DNA of 64,000 nt from Octopus vulgaris (GCA_951406725.2 OX597816.1:152768001-152832000), one strand, 5' to 3'; positions 1 through 15,025 are shown, counted from the stretch's first letter. Program-made: numbers and translations. Notes: generated from the letters alone by a model not told the origin.

Positions 1-161
1 ACATATATATATATATATACCGTTACATTCACTGAAATGTAGTGGAAATTAACGAGAGGTCATGCCGTATGTAACGGTATGTGTCTTTGAAATAGCTATA
101 ACTAGGCTTCCTCGATGTAGTTAAGCGTCAGTACACTTAGATCAAATTACTTGCCAAGCAA

Positions 162-200
<39 letters not shown>

Positions 201-303
201 GCCAAACAAGTACAACTCGTATATACATATACATGCATTCATTCATTCATACGCACACACACACACACATACAAATATGTATAACGTGAAACCATTAATT
301 CAG

Positions 304-491
304 GCACATTTTTTCTTTCTCCGTATTCTTTCGCCTCTCCGTTATCTTCCTTCCTTTCCGCAGAAGAGAAAGAAAGCACGAAACGTCAGACTCTTCCATT
401 TTCTTTGAGCGTTAAACTAATACGCCTTGTTTGTACCTCTCCTCTTACCCGTCTCTGTCTTCTGTTTTTTGCCTTTCGTACAATTTTGAAC
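304..491 (+). mobile_element. Diverged relative of the 6.9/46.2-kb PLE-like family
   Basis: Pyrimidine leader, cagaagag...cgaaacgtc, then tgagcgttaaactaatac tail ending at (CA)n; hammerhead core decayed. Confidence 0.4.
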
Positions 492-1588
492 CACACACAC
501 ATACACACACACACCACACATATATATGTACACACACACACACACATATATATATGCACACACATATACATACACATACATATATTTGTGTGTGTAATTG
601 CGCGCGTGTGAATGTGTGTATGTCTCTGTGCGTAAAATGAATACATGTTATTTTCTACTCAGTATAAGTTGCCCAGTGAAATCATTTATTATTAGCAGAA
701 AACTTTTCAATTGTTATCCAAAGTGCCTTCTCTTTGTTCTGATAATTATTAAGAAACAGTTTTATTCTTCCCAAAATCACTTGAAAGTAATTTGTGGATC
801 TCAATTATTGGGAGTAGACAGCTTTAAGCTTTACGAATATACAAAAATAACATAGGTGTGTATATGATTAAAATGATAATGTTTCAAATTAACATACTTT
901 GTCTATTGATTTCTTATGAAGTACAAACTCTTAAATACAGGGGTTGAGTATCGTGTCATAAGTATCGAATATGTAATACACATATATTAGCAACGAAACC
1001 CAATAATGAAGTTTTAGTGCTAATAAATAAATTTCCAGTTTCGTCACGTAAAACTATGGTGTCACAGTAGAAGCGAGTTCGTTCCTATCTTTCCCCCGAA
1101 TGTGGTCAACATCTTCACATGTCTTCCATCCTTCCTCGTATATATTACTGTTGTCACATTGGAATCGATACCCCTACTAGGTTTTTCCTATCTTCTACAT
1201 CTTTATTCCTCTATAAAACTTTGGTCGTTTGTTCTGTTGAACTTTCCTTCTCTTGTATTTCCTTTTAAAGATATTAATCATGTGACTCGTCTTTCAGCAA
1301 GTTCTTATTCTTTCTCTGTTGGTGACCCTCCTATAAGAAATGTTTCTACACTAGTATTTTCTTTCTTCCAACAAATGTCTTATGGAACTCACTTCATTCT
1401 TTTGTTTCCCTAATAAATACAAGTATAATTCTTTTAAATCATGAATTGATCTTTTAAGGTTGTCTGGACAGCTCATTACATCTTTTCCCTTTCCTTGAAC
1501 CCGTTTTATTGCTGGCCTCGTTGTTAGGGAGTGAATTCTAATAAGGTCTCAGCAAGAAACAAATTTATGTTCAACGGGACAGTGTGTG

Positions 1589-1636
<48 letters not shown>

Positions 1637-1935
1637 CATTCATACACACAGATATACGTTAATGAAAAAGATTGATGAGCATGGAGAAAAAGAGAAAATG
1701 AGTAACAGATAGATATAACGATGTAGTCTGATGAGAAATCTGATCAACAGTTGCATATTTAACACTATGAAACCCGCAGCTATTGGTCGAGTGAACACAT
1801 AGATGAGCCAGAGATTAATTAATCGATAGAATACTATTTACAAGGGGTTCAGAAATACTGTTTAGTAACAACCTCAACTATCACACGCGATGACGACGAC
1901 GACGACGACCACCACCACTACTGCTGCTGCTGCTG

Positions 1936-1980
<45 letters not shown>

Positions 1981-2172
1981 AAGGGTACGCCTGATCGAAT
2001 TCTCCCCTCCAATTCCCTTCCCAATTCATCATTGCTAATTATATTCATAGACATTGAAGAAATGAAAAATATAATCGATCTCAGTTGGATTCGAACTCAG
2101 GAAATAACCATATGCTATAAGGTATTTTAATTATGTTGCCCTATCGTGTCTACCGCTCACAACCCTCATGAA

Positions 2173-2307
<135 letters not shown>

Positions 2308-2465
2308 CAATAATAATGATAAAATGATGATGATAATAATCGTTCGCCGCATTAACATAAACTTTCTGCCTTCAGTTAGAAGAGGAGTATCGTGAATTGA
2401 GTCGAAAACTATATTTATATATATTCCTGAAACATATATATATATATACACATTCATACATGCAT

Positions 2466-2496
<31 letters not shown>

Positions 2497-2829
2497 CATA
2501 CATACACCATGCATACATATCGATCGTACACAGATGAATGCACATGTCCTCTTCAAACAGATTTCCATTCACACGGCAGAGAAAAGGCTTTAAATAATAA
2601 ATATATCCTAAAAGATTCACTTCGAAGCAACATGGTTCCGTGTTCGCGTCCACCCTGTGGTACCTTGTGCAAGTGTCGTAGTGTTGGTTTGCACAATACC
2701 TTGTTAATGAAGTTTTGTATATTATGTACACACGCACACACACACACACACAGATATATATGTATACAACTGCACATTATATATATATACATACACATAT
2801 ACATATATACATACATCTGTATGTACACC

Positions 2830-2891
<62 letters not shown>

Positions 2892-3048
2892 CGTCTGTCT
2901 GTCTGTCTATCATAATAGCAAACATTAATACACATATGACATACACTCGCGTGCGCACACGCACACACATACACACACTCATAAGGATGCTGTTTCTAAA
3001 ATGTGGTTTCGTGCTGTGCAATTTAAAGACTAATATCACAATATTAAT

Positions 3049-3240
3049 CCGTTCTACTGGAAGCACAAAGCCTCAAATCTGGAGGAAGGGATTAAGTCGA
3101 TTACATCGCCCGCAGTGCGTAACTGGTACTAATTTTATCGATCCCGAAAGAATGAAAATCAATGAAATAACGTTACAGCAGACGAAATACTACTAGCATT
3201 TCGCCCGTCTGGCTAACGATTCTGCCAGCTCGCAGCCCTT
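3049..3240 (-). mobile_element. SINE family A
   Basis: Reverse complement of the 24.4-kb copy (gtcgattacatcg, actggtactaattttatcg, gctaacgattctgccagctcgc). Confidence 0.8.
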
Positions 3241-4747
3241 TAATATCACAATATAGTTTTCTGTCTACATATTTACAGGCAATCAGGCAGACAGAAAGAG
3301 AGACAGATAGATAGGTAAAACTTTTATGTGCATGTATGTGCCAATAAAATTTGTCAATAAATATCGGTAAATGATGTAGACATGTATAAGAAAATTGAAA
3401 ACCGGTACGTTTCGAAGCAGGGTCTTTGTGATATTTGTCTTGAATCGATTGATAGATATTCCCTTCTCACTCTTGTCAAAAATGCAGCGAAGTATTGACT
3501 CCTCTGTTGGGACTGAGTAACCAACAACGCTATGCTTAATTAATTGTGATGCAAAATAAATAAATAAATACATAAAATACAGCATTCATTCACAATTTAA
3601 TGACAATACACAAGTTGTACGAACATCGAATACAGTGACCAAATGCGACACGGTCACCCAGAGAGTGAAATTAAATGACAATATTAATTTAATGGTGGTT
3701 TGAATAGTTAAAGGAAACCAAGCGTGTGTGTTGATCAAAGGCTTTCCCGCCATACTCATCTCGTATAGGACTGAACTGTCCAATGTACTTCACCATTCCC
3801 TTCTTTTACAGAATTAGAATTCTCAGGGATTCCCTCTCCGATTGACTTTTCTGCAGATATTTACCGGCAAATATTCAAGCTGAACATCAACCGCATTAAT
3901 CTCATCAACCCGGTAGACTTAAAAAGGTCATAGCCTTGCCCCCTTACTTTTACTTATATAAATGTGGGCCAACGAGGAAGGCTAACGATAGCAACCAAAT
4001 TCTCATCAAATTATACACCACCCATCGTTGAAAAAAAGAAGGGCTTTGAATAATTTAGGCTAGGGGGACTAAAATAACGATGGAGTGGTCAGGTTTGAGG
4101 GTTTTGATCATAAGCTTGGATCCAAACAATAATTTATATAAACAAAATTTGGGTCTGAAAGGGAGTGTATGAAAATCTATCAAGATAAGCAAGCTATATC
4201 AGAACTGCTGAGTTCGAAACGTTGCTATTCTAAGAACAGGTTTATACACAATATAAACAGTGTTGATCGCAAGACTAATTGATTAAACATAACACTATAG
4301 CATAGGCAGCACGAGCTCAACAGAATAGTTAAAAAGATCGCTTCGCAATTACGAGAACCCAGGTTTGATTCCAATGTGTGGTGTCTTGGATAGTGTCTTA
4401 TATCATAGTCGACTCAACCACTGTGAGTGAAATTAGATAGCCGAAAACTGTGTCGGACGGGATATATAAATATAATTAAAGGCCAAATCAGTTAGCAGAT
4501 AATTCAGTGGACGGATCAACTGAATACTCACCATGAAACAGACGTTGGTCAATTTACTTACAACGGAAGGAACAGCAAATAAATACCTAAACATGACATA
4601 TAACAATTAAATTGAAAATGTAGATGAAGTATAACGCTTGCTTTTACAACAAAAGCCAACTTTATAGTTGGCTTTTGTTGCATATACTCAGCCTACACTC
4701 AGCACTTTGTTATTGATGATCTCTCTCTCTCTCTCTCTTTATCTATC

Positions 4748-4850
<103 letters not shown>

Positions 4851-5739
4851 TGCCCGCCTGTTCTCTTCAACTAAGAATTGGATTAAACAAAATACGAGCC
4901 TTCATTGTGTGTCTGTGTTTGTATAAATGTGTACATGCACACACAGACACAGGCACATGGATTAATACGCGTACAAACACATTCTAGCTGTCAATCTTCA
5001 TTTACTTCTCCCTCATCCGACTGATATTAGAAGCCTTGTGATCAACCCAATTAACACCTAATGCAACAAGTCTCAACTTGCTAAGTTTGGAACACCTCAC
5101 TGTCAATATTTTGCGTGCAAAGGTATGTATATTTTGTTTCTTTTTCTGTTGTCTGTTTTTGCTTTGTTTATATTTATCATTACTATGCCAACGGAGTGCA
5201 TGTGTGTGTGTGTGCATGCATTGGTACTATGCCAACGGCAGACAGCCAACTGACCCCCGTCCAATGATAGCATGAGTGACTATGGTGTATCACAGCCTTA
5301 TTGAGAAATGTCGTCGTATCGGAAGTGGATGCAGACGGAAGCTTATGGAGGAAATTGCTTCCTTTGACAGTCGAGAGCTTGTAATAAATGTTTGTGCGCA
5401 TGTACATATGTATGTACGTATGTATGTATGTATGTATGTATGTATGTATGTATGTATGTATGTATGTATGTATGTATGTATGCGAGTATGTGTGTATGTA
5501 TGTATCGATATCTATACACACACGCACACGCATACACATGCATGCATGCGTACATACTCACGCACGACGCACACATGATTGTCCATGCATTAAAGCTAAC
5601 GTATATGTAAGCATCAGTGCACACATGAAAATATCTCTCTCCTATGGTGTAGAACTCTATGTGTGCATGAGTTATGCATGGGTGCACATACAAGAATATA
5701 TGCAGTCATACATGCATAGGCATATACTCTCATACATAT

Positions 5740-5770
<31 letters not shown>

Positions 5771-5804
5771 CATACATACATACATACATACATACATACA
5801 TACA

Positions 5805-5840
<36 letters not shown>

Positions 5841-6836
5841 TATACATATATAAATAGACCTGTTAAGTTGCATAAGAGACTCAAGGGCCGGGTGTTTTGC
5901 ATTGCAGTTATTACATGATGAGCACGATGCACGAAACTGTCAGCTCTTGAATCACTTACATAAGTTTACGGCCATAATCACATCGATGCACGGATTCAAG
6001 TATAGCTCAATGAATGTACACGCACAAACACACCAACCCACCCAAACACACACACGCACACGCTCCAATATACCCACATTTCCATATTGCGCTAACACAT
6101 GGTGTCACCTCAAAGTCTGTAACAAGACACGAATTAGAAAATGCGTTTTCCTAAACCAAACTTATTTACCTCCTCCAAGTTTTATATATATAGCAAATCA
6201 CTTGACTGATCTAACAATAAGTGATTATCCGTATTTACCTGAAGAAGAACTGGATATTTATTTTCCGTGAAAAATTCATTGAATTGATTTTCGTTTGCCT
6301 TCTCTAGTTTCTTCTGCTTTCAATGGGGGATTTGATTACAGTATTCAAGCTGATGAAAACTCTTTTCAATTGCATAGTGCCCTTGCAGTTTATAGTGGCG
6401 ACGGATACCTTCCCACCATATTTTCTTTCAACTGGACTCGGTTTTAGAGAGTAAAATATGTATTTCTATTCATGTTGGCCATCGTCGATGATAGGACGCA
6501 AGCCATCGACCTATTGAGCGGGTAGATTAGCAACCAAACTACTTTGATCGCTGCCTAAATCACAGTAAAATGCCTTCACCACAAACTGCTGGTATTATGT
6601 AGATTCATATGATTTTAGAGTTAGAGATAATAAGGAAATCTTAAATGGGTACTTAACGAGGAAATGATATAGCAAGTCTTCGCAACGAAAAAATCCGTTT
6701 TGTTCATTTTTACTTTTTTTTTAAGTAAATCAGCTTTTTAGTAGAAGTAGTGTTATGTATTCAAGTAAATAAAGACTTGCGTTAGCTTCATAGATTACAG
6801 TATAACTTGATAGACTAAATAGATTATTTACGAATG

Positions 6837-6890
<54 letters not shown>

Positions 6891-6893
<3 letters not shown>

Positions 6894-7077
6894 GCCATGA
6901 TAGATCGTTAGCCACTACACACATTTTTTTCTCTCCTTGTTTTTTTCACTGTCCCTTTCTGTAGAAGAGCGTAGGCTCGAAACGTAAAAGACTTTTTCTA
7001 TTCCTGAGCGTTATACTAATACATCTGTTTGTTTTGTACACCACCTGTCTTCGTCTTTTGTTTTTTTTTTTCGTAAA

Positions 7078-7080
<3 letters not shown>
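6891..7080 (+). mobile_element. Short PLE-like element with variant minimal hammerhead (6955-6990)
   Basis: cttt CTGTAGA A gagc-gtag-gctc GAAA cg TA aaag; flanked by (TA)n and (CT)n(TA)n; homologous to 46123-46335. Confidence 0.55.
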
Positions 7081-7148
<68 letters not shown>

Positions 7149-7555
7149 AACAAACACATACATATCTGCTCGCTGAAGTAAATCGGTTAACATCGTAAGT
7201 AACATAGTCCCACAATTATCTTCACTTTGTGTCCACTGGAAATCGTGATACCTAATCGGTTGCCAAACGAAACTCTGGTATTGACCTGATGAACCGATAT
7301 ACGAAGGGTATCTAAACAATGCAATATTTTACAAAATGCTAGTATTTATTCCGATATATAGGATACCCTTAACATGTTATCGTTGCTTAGCTCTAGATTC
7401 GCCAAGATCTAGTCACACCCATGCTTGACCAAAAACCGGTGTCGAATGTGTTAATATTTCAAGTGAATTTTGGTTGTGGCATCATGACTACAACTTACCC
7501 TCAAAATTCTATTTCCATATTAAACGCAACTGTTTATGCATAGTTCATGAAGGTG

Positions 7556-7690
7556 TATGACCTAGTAGCTAAGATGATCGGCTGATGATCATGAGGTTGA
7601 GGGTTCAATTTCTGCACCGAGCCTTAAGATGTACCCATGAGCAAGACATTTTATTTCACATTGCTCAAGTCTACTAAGTTATAATATGAA
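7556..7690 (+). mobile_element. SINE family C head, decayed
   Basis: gggttcaatt...tgagcaagacattttatttcacattgctc. Confidence 0.6.
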
Positions 7691-8813
7691 CCAGTATGTT
7701 GGTGCAGCGGCCCTTATCACTGTTCACCTGTTACATCTGGATATTCCGTATTGGTCAAAGGTGAAGGGACTAAGATGTCTATGTCTACACTCTACCAAGT
7801 CATATTTGCTTTCAGGTAACGGCTGGCTCTATTTAATGGGTTTTTTTTTCTGTTGCAGTTGATCCATCTTTCCAGCACAGTACGGAAGTAAGAAGATAGC
7901 TGGGAATATTACTGTTGTTTCATTTTCTACTATTAATGTTTAGAAGCGACGGATTGGCAGAGTCGCTTGAACGTTGATATTTATTCTTTACAGAATTTTT
8001 CTTTTAATTTTCCGTCTTAAAAATAGAGTACCAGTAAAGAGCTGCGGTCGAAATAATCGACATTTTGCTCTCCCCAAATCTGCGGCCTTGTGCCGACCTT
8101 TCAAATCAATATTTTTGCTATTGTTATGATTGTTACTATCAACAATGTCAGAAATAACAACTACAATAACACAAGCAGAATTAACAATATATACTCAATA
8201 TTAATCAAAAATAGTCACAAGGAAATCAAGGACTTAGTTTCATAGCAGCTTTGATTGAGCACGGGGGTGGTGCAAGAAGGGAAACGGCAGATCATAGCGA
8301 TGATGATAACGGATGTATTGAGATTAGTGGCAAAAGCAATGCTGTTTATGTGGTTTTAGTGACGTAAACTCAGCTGAGAATTCGGTCTGAGATAGTGGGA
8401 TGTAGTTTTGATGTTAGTGGTTGCAGAGGCTGTGTGGGTAGTAGTGGTATCGGGGGGTAGTGTTAGTATTGGTCGTGATGTTGTTGACAATGCTGAGGTG
8501 TTGGAAGCGGTGGGTGATGGTGCGAAGATTGAAGGAGTGGTTGCAAATTTGTAGATACACTACTTCAAAACCACATACACACAAAATATCCCACACATAC
8601 ACACACACGCACGTACAAATACACACATGCGCATACGAACACACACACACGCATACACATACTCAAGCATACTTATATACATATGCGTGTGTGTGTGTGT
8701 ATATATATATATACATATCTTTCTTGTTGATTCCAATTTTTTCACTTATATATGTATGTATGCATGTATATGTATATATGTATGTATACATGGATATATA
8801 TGTACATATGTAC

Positions 8814-8882
<69 letters not shown>

Positions 8883-9015
8883 CACACATACATACCCACA
8901 TATACTTATTTATATCGACAAATATATATGTGTGAAAGTGTGCATGTATCTATATATATACTTTCATACTTTCATACATACACACTAAAGTACTTCGAAA
9001 AGGATAGTACGTAAG

Positions 9016-9047
<32 letters not shown>

Positions 9048-9955
9048 CTATACATGCATACACCCAACAGATGCACACCTGTGCATATGTGTCTGAACAA
9101 AAATTCATTACGTGAGAGAAACGTAAATAGTTCTTTTTAATACAGCCATGTATACACACCTACACACACCTGTTTTATTTTATTTCAAGACGACCCTGTT
9201 ACCGCAACGTAGGCCTTTGGATTTGATTCTGTTGGATTACTGGCAGCAGCGACTGTTAATTACACACCATAATAAAACAAAGACAAAAAACTTTTTGTCT
9301 TGTTTTTCCTGGAATATGAAGATATTGCAAGTCAAAAGTAAAATAACTGAAAACCATTAATTAGGAGAGATTGGTAGAATGCACGAGTCTGTGATAGTGG
9401 TATTTGGGTGTGTGTTTGTGTGTGCTTACGTCGAAGAAGGAAAATGTATCACGAACATAATCAAGGAAATTTTATGGCGAGAGATTAAGACTGGATATTG
9501 AAACTGTCATGCAAAGCATTGCATGTCAAGTACAAAACGCATAACACGATACACATACCTATATACACACACATGCATGCACACACATACACCCATAAAT
9601 AAATATATGCATTCATATATAAAGCTTAATTAGAAATATACAGGAGATAGATAAATAGATAGACAGACACACAGATAGATTGACAGACAGATAGGTAGAT
9701 AGGTAGATGGGTAGGTAGATAAATCTAGAAAGAGGTAGATAGATGGGTAGAGAGCAGTAGAGATAGCATGAAAAATATATTCTAGGGAAAAGAGGAATAT
9801 AGTAAGTAAATAAAGATCAAAGTCATGAAGAAGCGCAAATACTCACTTAAGGATACCTACATACATACATGCACGCACACAAACATGATTTAAAAGCATG
9901 CGCACACACAGACACTGTAATGGATCGGGACACAAATTTGGCATACAAATGTGAA

Positions 9956-10033
<78 letters not shown>

Positions 10034-10923
10034 TGATGGCGAGAGAGAAAAGGTGAGAGAGAGTGAGTGAGTGACAGAGAGAGAGGGGGGGGGAAGACAG
10101 AAAAAGAAAGGGAGTGAGAAGAGAGAGATAAAGGAAAAAAGAGTCGTGGAATGAGCTGAGCAAATAAATGTCAAACGCACCTTCAGGAATAGAAACTAAT
10201 AAGTCTTTCGCAAACATGTATACTCATATGAACACACACACATGCTCGCACGCATACACATATATGCGAACACACACACACATGCTCGCACGTATACACA
10301 TATATACGAACACACACACACACACGCACGATTACACACATATATGAACATACACACGCACACACACGCACAAACGCGCGCGCGCATACACATATATAGA
10401 CACATTTACGCGTGCACGTTTACACACGCATAGAAACATGCATTGACTGAAGCAGACGATACAGATTGCTACAAATCTGTGACGTGTCAACAATGAATTG
10501 GTCCAAATCTTCGTGATCGTTGTTGAACTTCACAAAGATGGACAAATTTCGACCTGCCTTGATAACAAATACTGCTTAGAACAAACAGTATTTGTAGAAA
10601 CAACAACTCGCTCCAATTATGGACTTGAGAAAAAGTGAAAAAAAACTGACATGCCAGCTGTCATGGGCTCTAGTCTCCAAAGATATTGTGAAGCAGATTA
10701 GGAGGGTGCAAAATTGAAAAGAAAGAGATATAACAACAAACTGAAGATATGAAACTCAAGGAGGGACATGGAAATTTATAGAAAGAGAGGAGGAAAATGT
10801 AGAACTAGAGATTATATGAGAGATAGGGATAGGGAGAAACTAAGAAAGAGGAAAGAAATAGAATACAGAACGATAGATGTACAGGTGAAGAGACGGATAG
10901 ATAGATAGATAGATAGATAGATG

Positions 10924-10991
<68 letters not shown>

Positions 10992-11238
10992 CTGAAATAT
11001 GAGTATTGGTAAAGTAGATTTATAGCTATTAATGGATGGCTACTCAGGTACATATATCGTCGTCGTTGGCTGTCCGCCGTAGTCGACGTTGACTGAACAA
11101 AACGCCCTTTGGACAGTGAGTAAGGTATTTGGTATCGTCTCCCCACCAGACTGCGTCTCTGGGCCTCCATAACTAATTCCGAGTGGTGTACAATGAGTGT
11201 GGTACATTCGAAATATAGAAATATTCATATATACACAT

Positions 11239-11713
11239 ATAGAATAAAAGGATGAAACAGCAAACAACTAGAAACAGGTCAGATTGGAACAGTTATACAT
11301 TTAAATATGAAAGTTGAGTTGTTACAGTATATATCACAAGAAGTCGATGAAAGGTCAATTGAAGAATGTTCATAATGGTCATTTGTATATCTTAGTATTC
11401 CTGGAACTGTTATACGATAGGTCCGAATTATTGGTATGAAGTAAAGCTAGTCATCGTAGATGAGAAGAAATTAGGAAAGGAGGACTTCCACCTTTCTTCA
11501 CATCTACCTATGGATTCTACCTGCGATGACCAGCTTTACCTAATATCAATAATTCGGACTTGCTGTATAACGATTATGAACGTTCTTCAACTGATCATTT
11601 ATCGACCTTATGTGACGTATACTCCTGTAACAACTCATCCCCCGTATTTAAATATATCAATGTCATAATCTCACCCGATACAAGCTGTTTGCCTTTTTAT
11701 TCCTTTATTCTAT
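11239..11713. repeat. Long diverged inverted repeat (~200-230-bp arms)
   Basis: Matching blocks gtaaagctagtcatcg/cgatgaccagctttac, gtccgaattattg/caataattcggac, gaagaatgttcataat/attatgaacgttcttc and gagttgttacag/ctgtaacaactc; spacer ~11467-11514. Confidence 0.75.
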
Positions 11714-11917
11714 TATACACGTGCCTACTCAACTGAAACACTGCCCGTAGCCAAACTTCACTTGGCAACTGTAACATTCCTGCTTTTTTAGTTGCAGTTC
11801 AAGTTGGAGTTTCGGCAGCAAGCCAATCAGCAGTAATTTATGTACCTATTACGTCACGTCACCTGACGTAATATTATCTGAATTCTACACCAAGACACGC
11901 ACACACGCACACACACA

Positions 11918-11975
<58 letters not shown>

Positions 11976-12146
11976 TACTCACACACATACACACACTATG
12001 TAATTTCGCGTTTGGCTTAAAAGCAGTACACGTTACCAGAATTTTCGACTCTAGTCAAATACAACAAACTATTCCAAATTATTGCTAGAGTATGTGCGTA
12101 AGTGGAGTCAGGACAAGTTAGTTTGTGCTTGCATCAAGTCATACCA

Positions 12147-12345
12147 AATAATAACATTTTCAAAGTATTTAAAATCTACGTTTCAGATATTGCGTAATAT
12201 ATAATAAGAAAAACATCCCCTTACGCAAGACCTTCATTTCAAAATATTTCAACTGAAGAAGATCTTGCATATGGGGATATATTAAATATTATATACCATG
12301 CAAACTCTGAAAAGAACGTATTAAATGCTTTCAAAATATTATTCC
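12147..12345 (+). mobile_element. Old inverted-repeat element with decayed hammerhead (12247-12325)
   Basis: Diverged arms ~12147-12241 and ~12254-12345; right arm: tttcaa CTGAAGA aga..ttgcat...atgcaa..tct GAAA agaacg TA ttaaa; followed by (TG)n. Confidence 0.5.
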
Positions 12346-12357
12346 GTTTGATTTCAT

Positions 12358-12436
<79 letters not shown>

Positions 12437-12451
12437 GTATGTGTGTGTATG

Positions 12452-12787
12452 TTTTACTTGTTTCAGTCATTAGAATGCAGCCAAGCTTTGGAGAATTTTA
12501 GTCGAATGAATCGACCCAGTACTTACTTGTTTGAGCTTGGTACTTATTCTATCAGTTTATTTTTCAGAACCGCTAGTTACGGGGACGTAAACACACCAAC
12601 ACCAGTTGTCAAATGGTAACGTGGGACAAACACAGAAACAAAGAGATACACACACATACACACACATACACACGCAAGACGGGCTTCTTTCAATTTCCAA
12701 CTACCAAATCCACTCACAAAGCTTTGACTGGTCCGAGGCTATAGTAGATGATACTTGCCCGAGGTGTCACGCAGTGGTACTGAACCC
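12452..12787 (-). mobile_element. SINE family B
   Basis: ttacttgtttcagtcatt...ggggacgtaaacacacc...ccgaggctatagtag. Confidence 0.8.
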
Positions 12788-13263
12788 TTGTCTTTCACTT
12801 TTTCGAGATCGATAAGATAATTTTTAGTCAAGCAGTGGGGGGTCGAAGTAATCGGTTTACCCCCTGCCCCAAACTTGCTGGCCTTGTGCCAAAATTTGAA
12901 ACCGATTTAACGTGTAAGTGGCTGAACATTCCACAGACCTGTATATTCCTTATGTAATTCTCAGGTGGAGTCAGTATAACAGTATGACAAAACTGGAAAC
13001 TTAAATTACTCTTATAATCCTTTTGACGAGGTCCATGCTATTTCCGTCAAAAGAATTTAACTAAGAATGTTCCGGTAACTGATGCTATGGTAAAAGACAC
13101 TTGCGTAAGATGTCACACCATTGGATCGAACCTGATACCTCGTGATTGCCAAATGACCTCTTCAATCACCCAAGCTATATACGTGGAAACAAATTGAGAG
13201 AGCGTAGATGTTTCATGGTAGATACATTATCAGTTATGTGGATCACACACACACACACACGCT

Positions 13264-13315
<52 letters not shown>

Positions 13316-13607
13316 CACACACATATACACTCACATCAACAACTATTTATAATGTTTAAAAGCTGTGCAGCTGACGTGAAGAACAGAAGTGCGAAAGTGT
13401 GATTTAGAGAAATATTTGTTAAAATTCGGTGAATGTTAATAAATGTTTGTCTCGTATATTTACTGCTAAATTCCATCTTAACTGACTGCTTATTTCAACA
13501 GAGGGTAATTAGATAGATGGAAAGATAGATAAATAGATAAATAGATAGATGGATACTCAGGTAGGTAGATGTGACGCAGAAATTTAAGAGCCTTCTTTGT
13601 AATCGAG

Positions 13608-13657
<50 letters not shown>

Positions 13658-14461
13658 GTGTGCATGTGTGTTTTTCTCTTAGTCTTATTTCACCCTCTTT
13701 CTGCAATAGACTTCTCTCTCATGGTGACCCCTATATTGTTTCTTCCCCTTTACGCCCTCTATAATGAAGCTCTTTCTCTCTGAGAGCTCTGTGTATTTGT
13801 GTTGTATAATTGAAATCTTTTATGAAATTTCTTGAAGTCATTATAAGGCAAGTATGTCTCCTTATTGCTATTGTTTTAGTTTTTACTGTTACTCTGATAT
13901 TGTTGTTATTGTTTTACTACACTTCACTAATCCTTTCTGTCTTAAGTCTAGTAGGGGGATACGTGACATGATGGACGTCCTAATCCATTGGACAACATGC
14001 CTAAACATATGGGATTGTCACGGCTAGAAAGCTAGCTGTCCAATAATATTTGTTTTATTTCTCAGTTTGGGAAGAAGAACGAGGAAAATGAAGAAGCGAG
14101 TTAGTCATTTTAGTTCTTTTTAAACTGCGGTGGTGATGGGAGGGTGACGATTGTGTGAGCTTCGGAGATAAGCGTTAAACTTCCAGTAAAACTGTGACAC
14201 AAATATATTTTCCCGGTGAACCTTCTTTACTTCACATTCTCCACATACTCCATCCGTATTCAACAGTGGGGAGAAGAGTGGATTCTGTGCCAGGTTGACT
14301 TACGCTTGACACATTACAAGGAGACGAACCTTTTGTGGTAACTCAGATATTAGAATTATGGGAACATTGAAAGAAAAAATTGCATTGAAGAAAAAAGAAA
14401 GAAAATAGGTTTAACTAAATATAATCAGTGAGAATCGTGGTCGATGAAATTATTTCAGTAA

Positions 14462-14645
14462 TCCCTTCTACTGTAGGCACAAGGCCTGAAATTTGGGGAA
14501 GGGGACTAGTCGATTACATCGACCCCAGTGCGTAACTGGTAATTAATTTATCGATCCTGAAAGGATGAAAGGCAAGGTCGATACCGGCGGCATTTGAAAT
14601 CAGAACGTGAAGTCAGACGAAATACCTAAATACCGCGACGATAGT
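14462..14645 (-). mobile_element. SINE family A
   Basis: gtcgattacatcgaccccagtgcgtaactggt...aaggatgaaaggcaaggtcga. Confidence 0.8.
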
Positions 14646-14961
14646 GCGACGAATATTTTGACACTAAATAATAAAGGATTAAGTGCAGTTTGTAGATTTT
14701 GTGCGTCTTTGAATGACTAAATTGTGGCAGTAATTGTTTCAGATCAAATCATTTGTAAGACAAGTACAATTGCGAAATAATAGACTGTTCAATTAAGAAG
14801 TAAATGATGATAATCAAAATGTTTTTATGCGTTCTTTATTGGCTAAAATGGATTTTCTAAAATGTAATTGTTTCAGATTCAGCGTTGGGTGACAGATCAA
14901 ATCACTTGCAAAACAAGTAAAACTCTCTCTGTATCTTTCCCTCCCATATAAATATAAATAT

Positions 14962-15025
<64 letters not shown>

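Noticed and set aside
4185-4230. gaact-gctg-agttc GAAACGTT, resembling a hammerhead 3' half
   Set aside because: No recognisable CUGANGA upstream; at most a relic.
7255-7300. cgaaactctggta...ctgatgaaccgat, resembling a permuted hammerhead
   Set aside because: Only 5 nt lie between the UH site and CTGATGA, so stem I cannot form, and stem II is out of register.
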